Shown piece by piece: positions 10,870 to 22,700 of a DNA stretch of 32,967 nucleotides. Each line of letters opens with the position of its first letter. The stretch's first letter is position 1. The position numbers were made by a program, and so were the translations under genes. This DNA is from Macrostomum lignano (lineage: Eukaryota), in NCBI GenBank assembly GCA_002269645.1, contig NIVC01004863.1, positions 1 through 32,967 of the forward strand, written 5' to 3'. A model generated the notes under the pieces. It worked only from the letters and a program-made list of their open reading frames with translations, did not search any database and was not told the DNA's origin.

Positions 10870-13800
10870 CTACCACTGTCCTCTCACCCGGTCCTGAATG
10901 CTACCACTGTCCTCTCACCCGGTCCTGAATGCTACCTCTGTCCTCTCACCCGGTCCTGAATGCTACCTCTATCCTCTCTACCGGTACTGAATGCTACCAC
11001 TGTCCTCTCACCCGGTCCTGAATGCTACCGCTATCCACTCTCCCGGTCCTGAATGCTACCTCTGTCCTCTCACCCGGTCCTGAATGCTACCGCTATCCAC
11101 TCACCCGGTCCTGAATGCTACCTCTGTCCTCTCACCCGGTCCTGAATGCTACCACTGTCCTCTCACCCGGTCCTGAATGCTACCGCTATCCACTCACCCG
11201 GTCCTGAATGCTACAGCTATCTACTCACCCGGTCCTGAATGCTACCTCTGTCCTCTCACCCGGTCCTGAACGCTACCACTGTCCTCTCACCCGGTCCTGA
11301 ATGCTACCACTGTCCTCTCACCCGGTCCTGAATGCTACCTCTGTCCTCTCACCCGGTCCTGAATGCTACCACTGTCCTCTCACCCGGTCCTGAATGCTAC
11401 CTCTGTCCTCTCACCCGGTCCTGAATGCTACCTCTATCCTCTCACCCGGTCCTGAATGCTACCACTGTCCTCTCACCCGGTCCTGAATGCTACCTCTGTC
11501 CTCTCACCCGGTCCTGAATGCTACCTCTGTCCTCTCACCCGGTCCTGAATGCTACCGCTGTCCTCTCACCCGGTCCTGAATGCTACCACTGTCCTCTCAC
11601 CCGGTCCTGAATGCTACCTCTGTCCTCTCACCCGGTCCTGAATGCTACCTCTGTCCTCTCACCCGGTCCTGAATGCTACCTCTGTCCTCTCACCCGGTAC
11701 TGAATGCTACCGCTGTCCTCTCACCCGGTCCTGAATGCTACCTCTGTCCTCTCACCCGGTCCTGAATGCTACCTCTGTCCTCTCACCCGGTCCTGAATGC
11801 TACCTCTGTCCTCTCACCCGGTCCTGAATGCTACCTCTGTCCTCTCACCCGGTCCTGAATGCTACCGCTGTCCTCTCACCCGGTCCTGAATGCTACCTCT
11901 GTCCTCTCACCCGGTCCTGAATGCTACCTCTGTCCTCTCACCCGGTCCTGAATGCTACCGCTGTCCTCTCACCCGGTCCTGAATGCTACCACTGTCCTCT
12001 CACCCGGTCCTGAATGCTACCACTGTCCTCTCACCCGGTCCTGAATGCTACCTCTGTCCTCTCACCCGGTCCTGAATGCTACCTCTGTCCTCTCACCCGG
12101 TCCTGAATGCTACCTCTGTCCTCTCACCCGGTCCTGAATGCTACCTCTGTCCTCTCACCCGGTCCTGAATGCTACCGCTATCCACTCACCCGGTCCTGAA
12201 TGCTACAGCTATCTACTCACCCGGTCCTGAATGCTACCTCTGTCCTCTCACCCGGTCCTGAATGCTACCACTGTCCTCTCACCCGGTCCTGAATGCTACC
12301 ACTGTCCTCTCACCCGGTCCTGAATGCTACCACTGTCCTCTCACCCGGTCCTGAATGCTACCACTGTCCTCTCACCCGGTCCTGAATGCTACCTCTGTCC
12401 TCTCACCCGGTCCTGAATGCTACCTCTGTCCTCTCACCCGGTCCTGAATGCTACCTCTGTCCTCTCACCCGGTCCTGAATGCTACCGCTATCCACTCACC
12501 CGGTCCTGAATGCTACAGCTATCTACTCACCCGGTCCTGAATGCTACCTTTGTCCTCTCACCCGGTCCTGAATGCTACCACTGTCCTCTCACCCGGTCCT
12601 GAATGCTACCACTGTCCTCTCACCCGGTCCTGAATGCTACCTCTGTCCTCTCACCCGGTACTGAATGCTACCTCTGTCCTCTCACCCGGTACTGAATGCT
12701 ACCTCTGTCCTCTCACCCGGTCCTGAATGCTACCTCTGTCCTCTCACTCGGTCCTGAATGCTACCTCTGTCCTCTCACCCGGTCCTGAATGCTACCACTG
12801 TCCTCTCACCCGGTCCTGAATGCTACCTCTGTCCTCTCACCCGGTCCTGAATGCTACCTCTGTCCTCTCACCCGGTCCTGAATGCTACCTCTGTCCTCTC
12901 ACCCGGTCCTGAATGCTACCTCTGTCCTCTCACCCGGTCCTGAATGCTACCACTGTCCTCTCACCCGGTCCTGAATGCTACCACTGTCCTCTCACCCGGT
13001 CCTGAATGCTACCGCTATCCACTCACCCGGTCCTGAATGCTACCGCTGTCCTCTCACCCGGTCCTGAATGCTACAGCTATCCTCTCACCCGGTCCTGAAT
13101 GCTACCGCTATCCTCTCACCCGGTCCTGAATGCTACAGCTATCCTCTCACCCGGTCCTGAATGCTACAGCTATCTACTCACCCGGTCCTGAATGCTACCT
13201 CTGTCCTCTCACCCGGTCCTGAATGCTACCACTGTCCTCTCACCCGGTACTGAATGCTACCGCTGTCCTCTCACCCAGTCCTGAATGCTACCTCTGTCCT
13301 CTCACCCGGTCCTGAATGCTACATCTGTCCTCTCACCCGGTCCTGAATGCTACCTCTGTCCTCTCACCCGGTCCTGAATGCTACAGCTATCTACTCACCC
13401 GGTCCTGAATGCTACCTCTGTCCTCTCACCCGTTCCTGAATGCTACCACTGTCCTCTCACCCGGTCCTGAATGCTACCACTGTCCTCTCACCCGGTCCTG
13501 AATGCTACCTCTGTCCTCTCACCCGGTCCTGAATGCTACCTCTGTCCTCTCACCCGGTCCTGAATGCTACCACTGTCCTCTCACCCGGTCCTGAATGCTA
13601 CCACTGTCCTCTCACCCGGTCCTGAATGCTACCGCTATCCACTCACCCGGTCCTGAATGCTACCGCTGTCCTCTCACCCGGTCCTGAATGCTACAGCTAT
13701 CTACTCACCCGGTCCTGAATGCTACCGCTATCCTCTCACCCGGTCCTGAATGCTACAGCTATCCTCTCACCCGGTCCTGAATGCTACAGCTATCTACTCA

Positions 13801-14408
13801 CCCGGTCCTGAATGCTACCTCTGTCCTCTCACCCGGTCCTGAATGCTACCTGTCCTCTCACCCGGTACTGAATGCTACCGCTGTCCTCTCACCCGTCCTG
13901 AATGCTACCTCTGTCCTCTCACCCGGTCCTGAATGCTACCACTGTCCTCTCACCCGGTCCTGAATGCTACCTCTGTCCTCTCACCCGGTCCTGAATGCTA
14001 CAGCTATCTACTCACCCGGTCCTGAATGCTACCTCTGTCCTCTCACCCGGTCCTGAATGCTACCTCTGTCCTCTCACCCGTTCCTGAATGCTACCACTGT
14101 CCTCTCACCCGGTCCTGAATGCTACCGCTATCCACTCACCCGGTCCTGAATGCTACCTCTGTCCTCTCACCCGGTCCTGAATGCTACCTCTGTCCTCTCA
14201 CCCGGTCCTGAATGCTACCTCTGTCCTCTCACCCGGTCCTGAATGCTACCTCTGTCCTCTCACCCGGTCCTGAATGCTACCTATCTCTCACCCGGTCCTG
14301 AATGCTACCTCTATCCTCTCACCCGGTCCTGAATGCTACCTCTATCCTCTCACCCGGTCCTGAATGCTACCTCTGTCCTCTCACCCGGTCCTGAATGCTA
14401 CCTCTATC
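10870..14408 (+). repeat. 31-bp minisatellite (CCTCTCACCCGGTCCTGAATGCTACC[T/A/G]CTGT), ~114 copies
   Basis: Period of 31 verified (CCTGAATGCT at 11761 and 11792). Variation is confined to a few positions and there are no unique spacers. Confidence 0.99.
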
Positions 14409-15969
14409 CTGATGTTTTAAGCTAGGTTAATCGTTAGTAAACATTTCGTTTAGTTTCAGAGTTTTTCTCTCGTCAAGAAATATACATCATCACAATGGGA
14501 TACCATGCACTGAAGATGGAGCACTCCTGATTTTCCCAGTCGCAACAATAGGAAAAATCGATATAAAACGTTTTCCATTGTGTTTCAGAGTTTTCCTCTT
14601 TGTCTGCCTTTTGCTTTTAGGCAGTGAAGGTGAGCACGGTTTTATCTGGCATTGACCTGACTGATCAATCTGGTCAAAAGCCGAGAAAGCAATGTGAAAG
14701 GACCCCTAAAAGAGTTTTAGGCTAAAAAATCGAAGAGAGTCGGATCGGTGCTAACTAGTGCACAGCAGTTCTTCAACTGCAAGTCCCGCACACTGTGCTC
14801 AACTCCGACCCAAACTATATTGATTGATTGCATTTGAGAAGTTTAGCGGAGAAAGTCGCGCGCGGGGGCGCACACACAGCTGTCCTATCCGTCCCGTCGT
14901 TGAAACTTCAGCTTGAATTGAGCTGGGGGTGGTCCTTGCCTAGCCTGGACTGTAGAGTTCAGTATCTTCCCAGCCCCGTGCCAGCTTTTTCTCAGCGCCC
15001 GAGCTGTCCCTCAACTCAGCTCAGCCAAACTGAATTCCCATTAATTGGGTTTGGGGAGGCAGCAGGGAGCAGGGGTAGCTGTGGAGTTTCCGAGACAAGT
15101 GACTTTGGGGGGCTGGCCGGCCCCCGTTCCCGCGCGGCGAGAAGGCAAAACACAGCCGCTGCGGCCAATGAATCTCTTCGGAAGCGGCCAAGCGGAGACG
15201 TCTTGCAGAGGTGAGGGGGTCTGGCTTAAAACTGTTGGGCTTTTCTTGAAGGGGGACAGGAGGTTCGGGCAAAAAAGCAAAGAAAAAAGGGCCATCAGCC
15301 GCCGTGCGAGGTTTCCTGCAGAGTAACGGAGACGCCGCCAGTGCTGATATTCCTCTACTGGTTGGTTGCTGGGGCTCGACTGCCCACATCCAATCTCCAC
15401 TCGCTGTGCTGCGGACTGCCTGGTCTCCCCTTCATCTTCCCCTGCCCCCCGCCGTCCCTGTTGTCCCTATTTTCACCCTCCCGTCACCAGTTATTTCTAT
15501 TAGGCCTCGTTTACTAAAGCGCAGTCATCTACTTCACCGCAGTCGGCCTCGCAGGTGTGAATTACGCGCGACTGACTACCAGGTGGTTGAAGGCTCGGTC
15601 CCCTGCGCGCCACGCCCGGTTTAATTTAGCCAATATTGCCAAGAGTGCATCCGCGCAGTATCGTGACTTTTGCTTCCGTTGCTTGAAGAGCCAGACGCTG
15701 TTTCTTGTTGCAACTGGACAGCTGGAAGGCGGATGTCTCCTCTAGCTTGGCTTGGCGTTGTCTGCCTTCTGGCTGCAACTGCTCCTGGTAAGCTGGCTTC
15801 TTCTGCGGACTTGCTTTTGGATTCGCGGGACTTGAGCTGAACCGTACATGTAGCATGAGTTGGAGACCCGCCAGGTTTTGTTACAGACGGTTAGTGAGTT
15901 CGCAACTTGTCACACATGTACACTCTGTGTGCCTTGATGGCTGGCCGTCGCGTGCATGAATAGCACGAC

Positions 15970-16648
15970 CAAGGACAACTTAAGTAGAAGGACGCAGCAC
16001 TCGAAATCTATGGTAAATGTTTTGAAGGCAACTTTTCGCCGAAAATACATTACAGAGATAGGAGGTTTTAATTTTTTCAGTACAAAAATTGTTAGCTCGT
16101 ATTGCTTTTGATAGGAGGCAGATCCAGTGTTCATCTTTTGATATGTTGTGCCTTTCTTATAGCTCTATCGATATTCATAAAACTTTTCGTTCAGAAATAG
16201 TTTTTAAGGCAGGTTTCACCGGAAAAATATACTACAGAGATAGGAAATTTTACGGTTTTCAACACTAAACAATGATTGGGTCTCTTAACAGTGTCAGAGA
16301 AAGTCCTAATCACACTATTTTGTGCCTCACATGCTGCTCTAACGACGCATTAATCGATTTTTCATGTTAAATTGGTCTGTCATTTGAAAAAAACGTCTTA
16401 AAATAATGACAAGACCAATTTAAGATTAAAAATCGATTAATGCGTCGTTAGAGCAGCATGTGAGGCACAAAATAGTGTGATTAGGACTTTCTCTGACACT
16501 GTTAAGAGACCCAATCATTGTTTTAGTGTTGAAAATCGTGAAATTTCCTATCTCCGTAGTGTATTTTTCGGCGAAAAGTTGCCTTCAAAACATTTACCAT
16601 AGATTTCGAGTGTAGCGTCCTATATATATGTTACTTGAGTAGTCCTTG
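15970..16648. mobile_element. Non-autonomous foldback/MITE-like DNA transposon (hAT or P superfamily candidate), 679 bp
   Basis: Termini CAAGGAC...GTCCTTG are inverted and are flanked by a perfect 8-bp direct repeat AGCACGAC (15962-15969 and 16649-16656). Long inverted arms: ~15995-16050 pairs with ~16560-16615, and ~16225-16385 pairs with ~16405-16570. No ORF. Confidence 0.85.
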
Positions 16649-17218
16649 AGCACGACAGGCCCATTTTCGATTGACATCATACCAAACGTACCCCAGTTTT
16701 AGCCCTCTGTTGAATGCAAAACAATAATAATAAAAATGAAAACTTGTTCAAGCAGCGTTTGTTTGATGTTGAACCTGCCGGATGCAACTGCGCATCGCGA
16801 TAAGTGCGACGGGCGAGCGGTGGGGGGGGAAGTGCGCAGCCGGCTCTAATCAGCTGCGCTGGGAGATCAAACTCGGAAGCCGGTGCAGCCTTTTTGACCT
16901 TTTCCAAGAAAGTCTTCATAGCGATTTTTTTGTCTCCTGCAGTATTCTTCCGCTGGGAATTCTGCTCACGGTTGAATTCAGTCCCTTCTGTTCATTATAA
17001 ATCCCTCTTCGTCTGCTTCTAAAAGAGAGCAGCATTGGATCTCGGAAAATTGCCCCAAGCCCGGCTAATTCAGCCCCCCCCCCCTGTAATCTGTTCGATG
17101 AATCTTCTAACTGAGAGCCTGGCTCCCGGCTCCGCTCTTATCTCTCTATCGGCAATTTTATTCCCAAAGTAAGGTTCTTTCTCCTCGCAGCCGACCGAAC
17201 TTGGCTTTAATTGTATCG

Positions 17219-17423
17219 ATGTCTGCTGCCTCGCGATTCACTGGCACTGGCCTCTTTCGCGTGGCCAAACTTTCCAGAAGTGTCCGGCATCGAAGGGGCT
17301 AAGAAGCTGTTTAAGGATCTCATGAACCGGACCAACTACAGGTCGTCGGTGCGGCCTGTGACAAACTACAGCCAGCCTGTACTGCTGTACATGAACCTCA
17401 GCCTGACCCAGATTCTCGACGTG
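17219..17423 (+). CDS. nAChR alpha subunit, first visible coding exon (signal peptide and N-terminal helix); start codon uncertain
   Basis: LALASFAWPNFPEVSG-IEGAKKLFKDLMNRTNYRSSVRPVTNYSQPVLLYMNLSLTQILDV followed by GTGAGT donor at 17424. Acceptor-like CTCCTCGCAG ends at 17190. The only nearby ATG (17219) is out of frame by one base. Confidence 0.8.
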
Positions 17424-17473
17424 GTGAGTTGCAGCAACTTCTGTATGGTAGCGAAGTTATTGTAAAATTAGCA

Positions 17474-18131
17474 TGGTTGCCTAACTGGGTGGTTGTCTAA
17501 CTGGGTGGTTGTCTAACTGGGTGGTTGCCTAACTGGGTGGTTGCCTAACTGGGTGGTTGCCTAACTGGGTGGTTGCCTAACTGGGTGGTTGCCTAACTGG
17601 GTGGTTGCCTAACTGGGTGGTTGCCTAACTGGGTGGTTGTCTAACTGGGTGGTTGTCTAACTGGGTGGTTGTTTAACTGGGTGGTTGCCTAACTGGGTGG
17701 TTGCCTAACTGGGTGGTTGCCTAACTGGGTGGTTGCCTAACTGGGTGGTTGTCTAACTGGGTGGTTGTCTAACTGGGTGGTTGTTTAACTGGGTGGTTGC
17801 CTAACTGGGTGGTTGCCTAACTGGGTGGTTGCCTAACTGGGTGGTTGCCTAACTGGGTGGTTGCCTAACTGGGTGGTTGTCTAACTGGGTGGTTGTCTAA
17901 CTGGGTGGTTGTCTAACTGGGTGCTTGTCTAACTGGGTGGTTGTCTAACTGGGTGGTTGTCTAACTGGGTGGTTGTCTAACTGGGTGGTTGTCTAACTGG
18001 GTGGTTGTCTAACTGGGTGGTTGTCTAACTGGGTGGTTGTCTAACTGGGTGGTTGCCTAACTGGGTGGTTGTCTAACTGGGTGGTTGCCTAACTGGGTGG
18101 TTGTCTAACTGGGTGGTTGACTAACTGGGTG
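17474..18131 (+). repeat. 16-bp intronic minisatellite (CTAACTGGGTGGTTG[C/T]), ~41 copies
   Basis: Period of 16 verified (CTAA at 17481, 17497, 17513). Confidence 0.98.
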
Positions 18132-18971
18132 ACTGCTTGACGGTATGGTATCTTTGCTCCTTTAGATCAGCGGTTATTCTGGGAAGGTTGTGAATTCATG
18201 AGGTTGACAGTTTGGTGCGGTTGAATAATTAAAAAAATCGCGAAGAACCTCACTCAGCCTGACGCAAATTCTTGACGCGGTGAGTTGCAGCAATTTCCGT
18301 ATGGCATTCGTAGAAAATCCATGTCACAATAATCCCCATTGACTTATTAATCAACGCTTCGTATTATCTAAATCCGCTGTTCACGGGGTGCCGGGGGAGA
18401 AATCTGGGGGGGGGACAGCTCTAATCCTGTGGCAGCGATTCACGGCACAGCCACTGATTCCTGTCTATCAGGGTCTCGGGCAGGAGTCGCGGTCCCCATA
18501 TATTCGATATCAAAGCGAACTCGCGCGGGGGCAAAAAGACTGCCACACACAGGCGGCAGGCAAAAAATCTGAATCCCGACTTCGATTTCTGGTTACTTCT
18601 CTATACTCCCCCTGTGGCTTACAATGAAATCCCAGTACAGGGAGGGACTGCAGAGGATTTAATAATGGGGAAACTAAGCTGAGGCAGGAGTAGCGGGGGT
18701 AGGTGAAGCAGATATGGGGCTTGGGCTGTCAGCATCGGAGATCGATAGGCCAGCAACCAGCGAACTCGCGTTGAGAGACTCACTGCGAACTGCACTCGCT
18801 GCGACAGAGCTGGGGCTGAAAGTGACAGGAATCTGCCGGCCAGCCACCCCCGATAGAGACTGGGCTTGGGTAACTGGAGCCCTGATTCATTGCTGTCCAT
18901 GTTGCTTGAATCGCTGCAAAAGCTATTAATAAGTATACCGGATATAAATTTTACCTATCTTAAAAAGGTCA

Positions 18972-20332
18972 CATTACCTGTCTCACTACACTGTCTTACT
19001 ACCTATCCCAATACCTATCCCAGTACCTGTCTTAATACCTGTCTCAATACCTGTCTCATTACCTGTCTCAATACCTGTCTCATTACCTGTATCATTACCA
19101 GTCTCAATACCTGTCTCATTACCTGTCTCATTACCTGTCTCATTACCTGTCTCATTACCTGTCTCATTACCTGTCTCATTACCTGTCTCCTTACCTGTCT
19201 CATTTCCTGTCTCATTACACTGTCTTACTACCTATCCCAATACCTATCCCAGTACCTGTCTTAATACCTGTCTCAATACCTGTCTCATTACCTGTCTCAA
19301 TACCTGTCTCATTACCTGTATCATTACCAGTCTCAATACCTGTCTCATTACCTGTCTCATTACCTGTCTCATTACCTGTCTCATTACCTGTCTCATTACC
19401 TGTCTCATTACCTGTCTCCTTACCTGTCTCATTTCCTGTCTCATTACCTGTCTCATTACCTGTCTCATTACCTGTCTCAATACCTGTCTCACTACCTGTC
19501 TCAATACCTGTCTCAATGCCTGTCTCACTACCTGTCTCAATACCTGTCTCATTACCTGTCTCATTACCTGTCTCATTACCTGTCTCATTACCTGTCTCAT
19601 TACCTGTCTCATTACCTGTCTCCTTACCTGTCTCATTTCCTGTCTCATTACCTGTCTCATTACCTGTCTCATTACCTGTCTCAATACCTGTCTCACTACC
19701 TGTCTCAATACCTGTCTCAATGCCTGTCTCACTACCTGTCTCACTACCTGTCTCAATACCTGTCTCAATACCTGTCTCAATACCTGTCTCACTACCTGTC
19801 TGATTATCTGTCCCATTACGTGTCTCATTACGTGTCTCTATACCTGTCTCAATACCTGTCTCACTACCTTTCTCAATACTTGTCTCCTTACCTGTCTCAA
19901 TACCTGTCTCAATACCTGTCTCACTACCTGTCTGATTATCTGTCCCATTACGTGTCTCATTACGTGTCTCTATACCTGTCTCAATACCTGTCTCACTACC
20001 TTTCTCAATACTTGTCTCCTTACCTGTCTCAATACCTGTCTTATTACGTGTCTCATTACCTGTCTCATTACCTGTCTCAATACCTGCCTCAATACCTGCC
20101 TCAATACCTGTCTCATTACCTGTATAATTACCTGTCTCATTACCTGTATAATTACCTGTCTCATTACCTGTCTCATTACCTGTATTTCTCATTACCTGTC
20201 TGAATTACCTGTCTCATTACCTGTCTCATTACCTGTATAATTACCTGTATAATTACCTGCATAATTACCTGTATAATTACCTGTATAATTACCTGTATAA
20301 TTACCTGTATAATTACCTGTCTCATTTCCTGT
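18972..20332 (+). repeat. 12-bp intronic minisatellite (ATTACCTGTCTC), >100 copies with higher-order blocks
   Basis: Visible units. A ~229-bp block is duplicated (18988/19217) and so is a ~132-bp block (19801/19933). Confidence 0.98.
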
Positions 20333-20954
20333 GTTTTTAGTTGTTTTAATTGCACTAAAGCTAATATTGATTCTTAACAAAGAACTGTACCAATAACAAC
20401 ACCTTTCAGGTTCACAATTAATCTGAACAGGTATCTGATATAGAGATCATTATCAAATAGTAAAAGTGCGCGCACAAAAATGTTGTAACAGACGACCCCG
20501 CCATTCACTCAGCCATCTGAGCTGGGCAAGTTGAGTCATAAAACTGACCCAGTTAATTAACTGAAGTGCTTTCGCTGCACCCTCACTTTCTCCATTCTGA
20601 AAGCGAGAATTATTCACAATGTCCAGCTCTCCCGGGCTGGAATATATTATTCCCACAGAAATAATAAGCTCTTAAAAATAATTAGAAAAGAGATTGGAGA
20701 GAGTGGCTGCAAGCTGAAGCTGGGAGGCTCTGAGCCAGTCATAATTAAAACAAAATCGATTCGAAATCGATCGTTACGGGAGGGATACGAAGGGAAAAAA
20801 GACTCAAAGGTGCCAAAGTCTTCCAGCTAGCTGGTGAATTGTCTTGTTTTGTTTAAGCCAGGTAATCCTAATTGAGCTTTGATTTGTTAGCGGTTCGAGC
20901 TGCATCTATGAGGTGACTTTTCAGCCTTTGTAATCATTTTTTTGGTTGTTTTTT

Positions 20955-21205
20955 TGCGCCATTCTCAACAGTTTGTGGCGCCATTCTCAATACTTTGTGG
21001 CGCCATTCTCAATGGTTTGTGGCGCCATTATCAATACTTTGTGGCGCCATTTTCAATAGTTTGTGGCGCCATACTCAATGACGCCATTATCGATAGCTCA
21101 ATATGGCACCATTATTGATAGTTCATTGTGGCGCCATTATTGATAGTTCATTGTGGCGCGATTCTCATTGTTTGTGGTGCCAATCTCCAATGGTTTGTGG
21201 CGCTT
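20955..21205 (+). repeat. Degenerate ~23-bp minisatellite with a GTGGCGCCATT core, ~10 copies
   Basis: Repeated GTGGCGCCATT(C/A)T(C/T)..TAGTTT units just upstream of the acceptor. Confidence 0.85.
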
Positions 21206-21272
21206 TTCTTTAAAGTCAATCAAAGTACATAATAAACTATTAAGAAACAATGTCCTTCATCTTATCCCCCAG

Positions 21273-21427
21273 GACGAAAAAAACCAAATAGTCACGCTGA
21301 ACATGTGGGTCTCCCAGCAGTGGCACGATCCCAACTTCGTGTGGAACCCTGCGCACTACGGCAACATCACCGAGCTGCACATCCCATCGGAGGATATCTG
21401 GACACCGGATCTGGTTCTGTACAATAA
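21273..21427 (+). CDS. nAChR alpha exon 2 (loops D and A)
   Basis: CAG|GAC...; DEKNQIVTLNMWVSQQWHDPNFVWNPAHYGNITELHIPSEDIWTPDLVLYN(N)|GTGAG. Matches the typical nAChR intron positions. Confidence 0.97.
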
Positions 21428-21436
21428 GTGAGCTTA

Positions 21437-21758
<322 letters not shown>

Positions 21759-21783
21759 TTCATTCCTCATCGCGCTCCGCTAG

Positions 21784-22103
21784 CGCCGGCGGAGACTGGG
21801 ACCTCGGCAGCTCGGCCAACAAGGTGAACGTCCTGAGCGATGGCACCATCCTGTGGCGGCCGCCCATCATCTTCAAAAGCCAATGCGAGATCAACGTGGA
21901 GTTCTTTCCATTCGACACGCAGAACTGCACGCTGAAGCTGGGCACCTGGACTCACAATGGCTACCTGATCGACCTGCGCCACGTGGCACAGAAAGAGGAG
22001 GCCGACAGAAACGGCTGGCGGAATTTCGACAACTGCAAGGCGTACATCGACTACGCCATCGACCTCAGCCAGTTTGTTGACAACGTCGAATGGGACATCC
22101 TCG
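21784..22103 (+). CDS. nAChR alpha exon 3 (loop E, Cys-loop, loop B, loop F)
   Basis: TAG|C; Cys-loop CEINVEFFPFDTQNC, KLGTWTHNG and IDLSQFVDNVEWDIL, followed by a GTGAGC donor. Phases match the neighbouring exons. Confidence 0.98.
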
Positions 22104-22169
22104 GTGAGCGAGCTGGGCCGGTGCTCGCGTAGGACATAGAGAACTTTTCTAGACTGAGGACTGGCTAAT

Positions 22170-22700
22170 GGGGAATTTCTCATTAGAGGGGAATCTCTTG
22201 TCGTGAGAATTCCCCATTGGAAGGGATTCGCTTGCCGGGGTGAATTTCTCATTCTACAGAATCTCTTGTTGTGAGGGATTTTCTGGTTGGAGGGGAATCT
22301 CTTGTGGGGGAATTTCTCATTCTGCAGAGTCTCCTGTTGTGGTGGAATTTCTCATTCTGCAGAGTTTCCTGTTGTGGGGGAATTTCTCATTCTGCAGAGT
22401 TTCCTGTTGTGGGGGAATTTCTCATTCGGCAGAGTCTCCTGTTGTGAGGGAATTTCTCATTCTGCAGAGTCTCCTGTTGTGGGGGAATTTCTCATTCTGC
22501 AGAGTCTCCTGTTGTGGGGGAATTCCTCATTCTGCAGAGTCTCCTGTTGTGGTGGAATTTATCATTCTGCAGAGTCTCCTGTTGTGAGGGAATTTCTCAT
22601 TCTACTAAATGTTTTGTTGTGAGGGATTTTCTGGTTGGAGGGGAATCTCTTGTGTGGGGGAATTTCTAGTTGGAGTGAAATCTTTTAGGGGGGTTTCTCA
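22170..22700 (+). repeat. 35-bp intronic minisatellite (GGGGAATTTCTCATTCTGCAGAGTCTCCTGTTGTG), ~10 good copies plus degenerate flanks
   Basis: Visible units. The translation cycles through the three frames every 35 aa. Confidence 0.93.

Noticed and set aside
10030-10870. Gene or transposon in the unique segment between the (CTA)n and 31-bp arrays
   Set aside because: It contains only short overlapping ORFs on both strands, with no recognisable motif, consistent splice pattern or termini.
10870-14408. CRISPR array (31-bp repeats)
   Set aside because: The units are head-to-tail with no unique spacers, there are no cas genes, and the context is eukaryotic with spliced genes.
14828-15870. Separate small genes in the GC-rich stretch upstream of the nAChR
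   Set aside because: The ORFs are 60-130 aa with no recognisable motif. The stretch may be promoter or 5' UTR exon sequence, but this cannot be supported from sequence alone.
19015-20380. ETG-, RQV-, PVS- and YLS-repeat ORFs including the 325-aa minus-strand ORF
   Set aside because: These are artefacts of the 12-bp minisatellite inside a nAChR intron.
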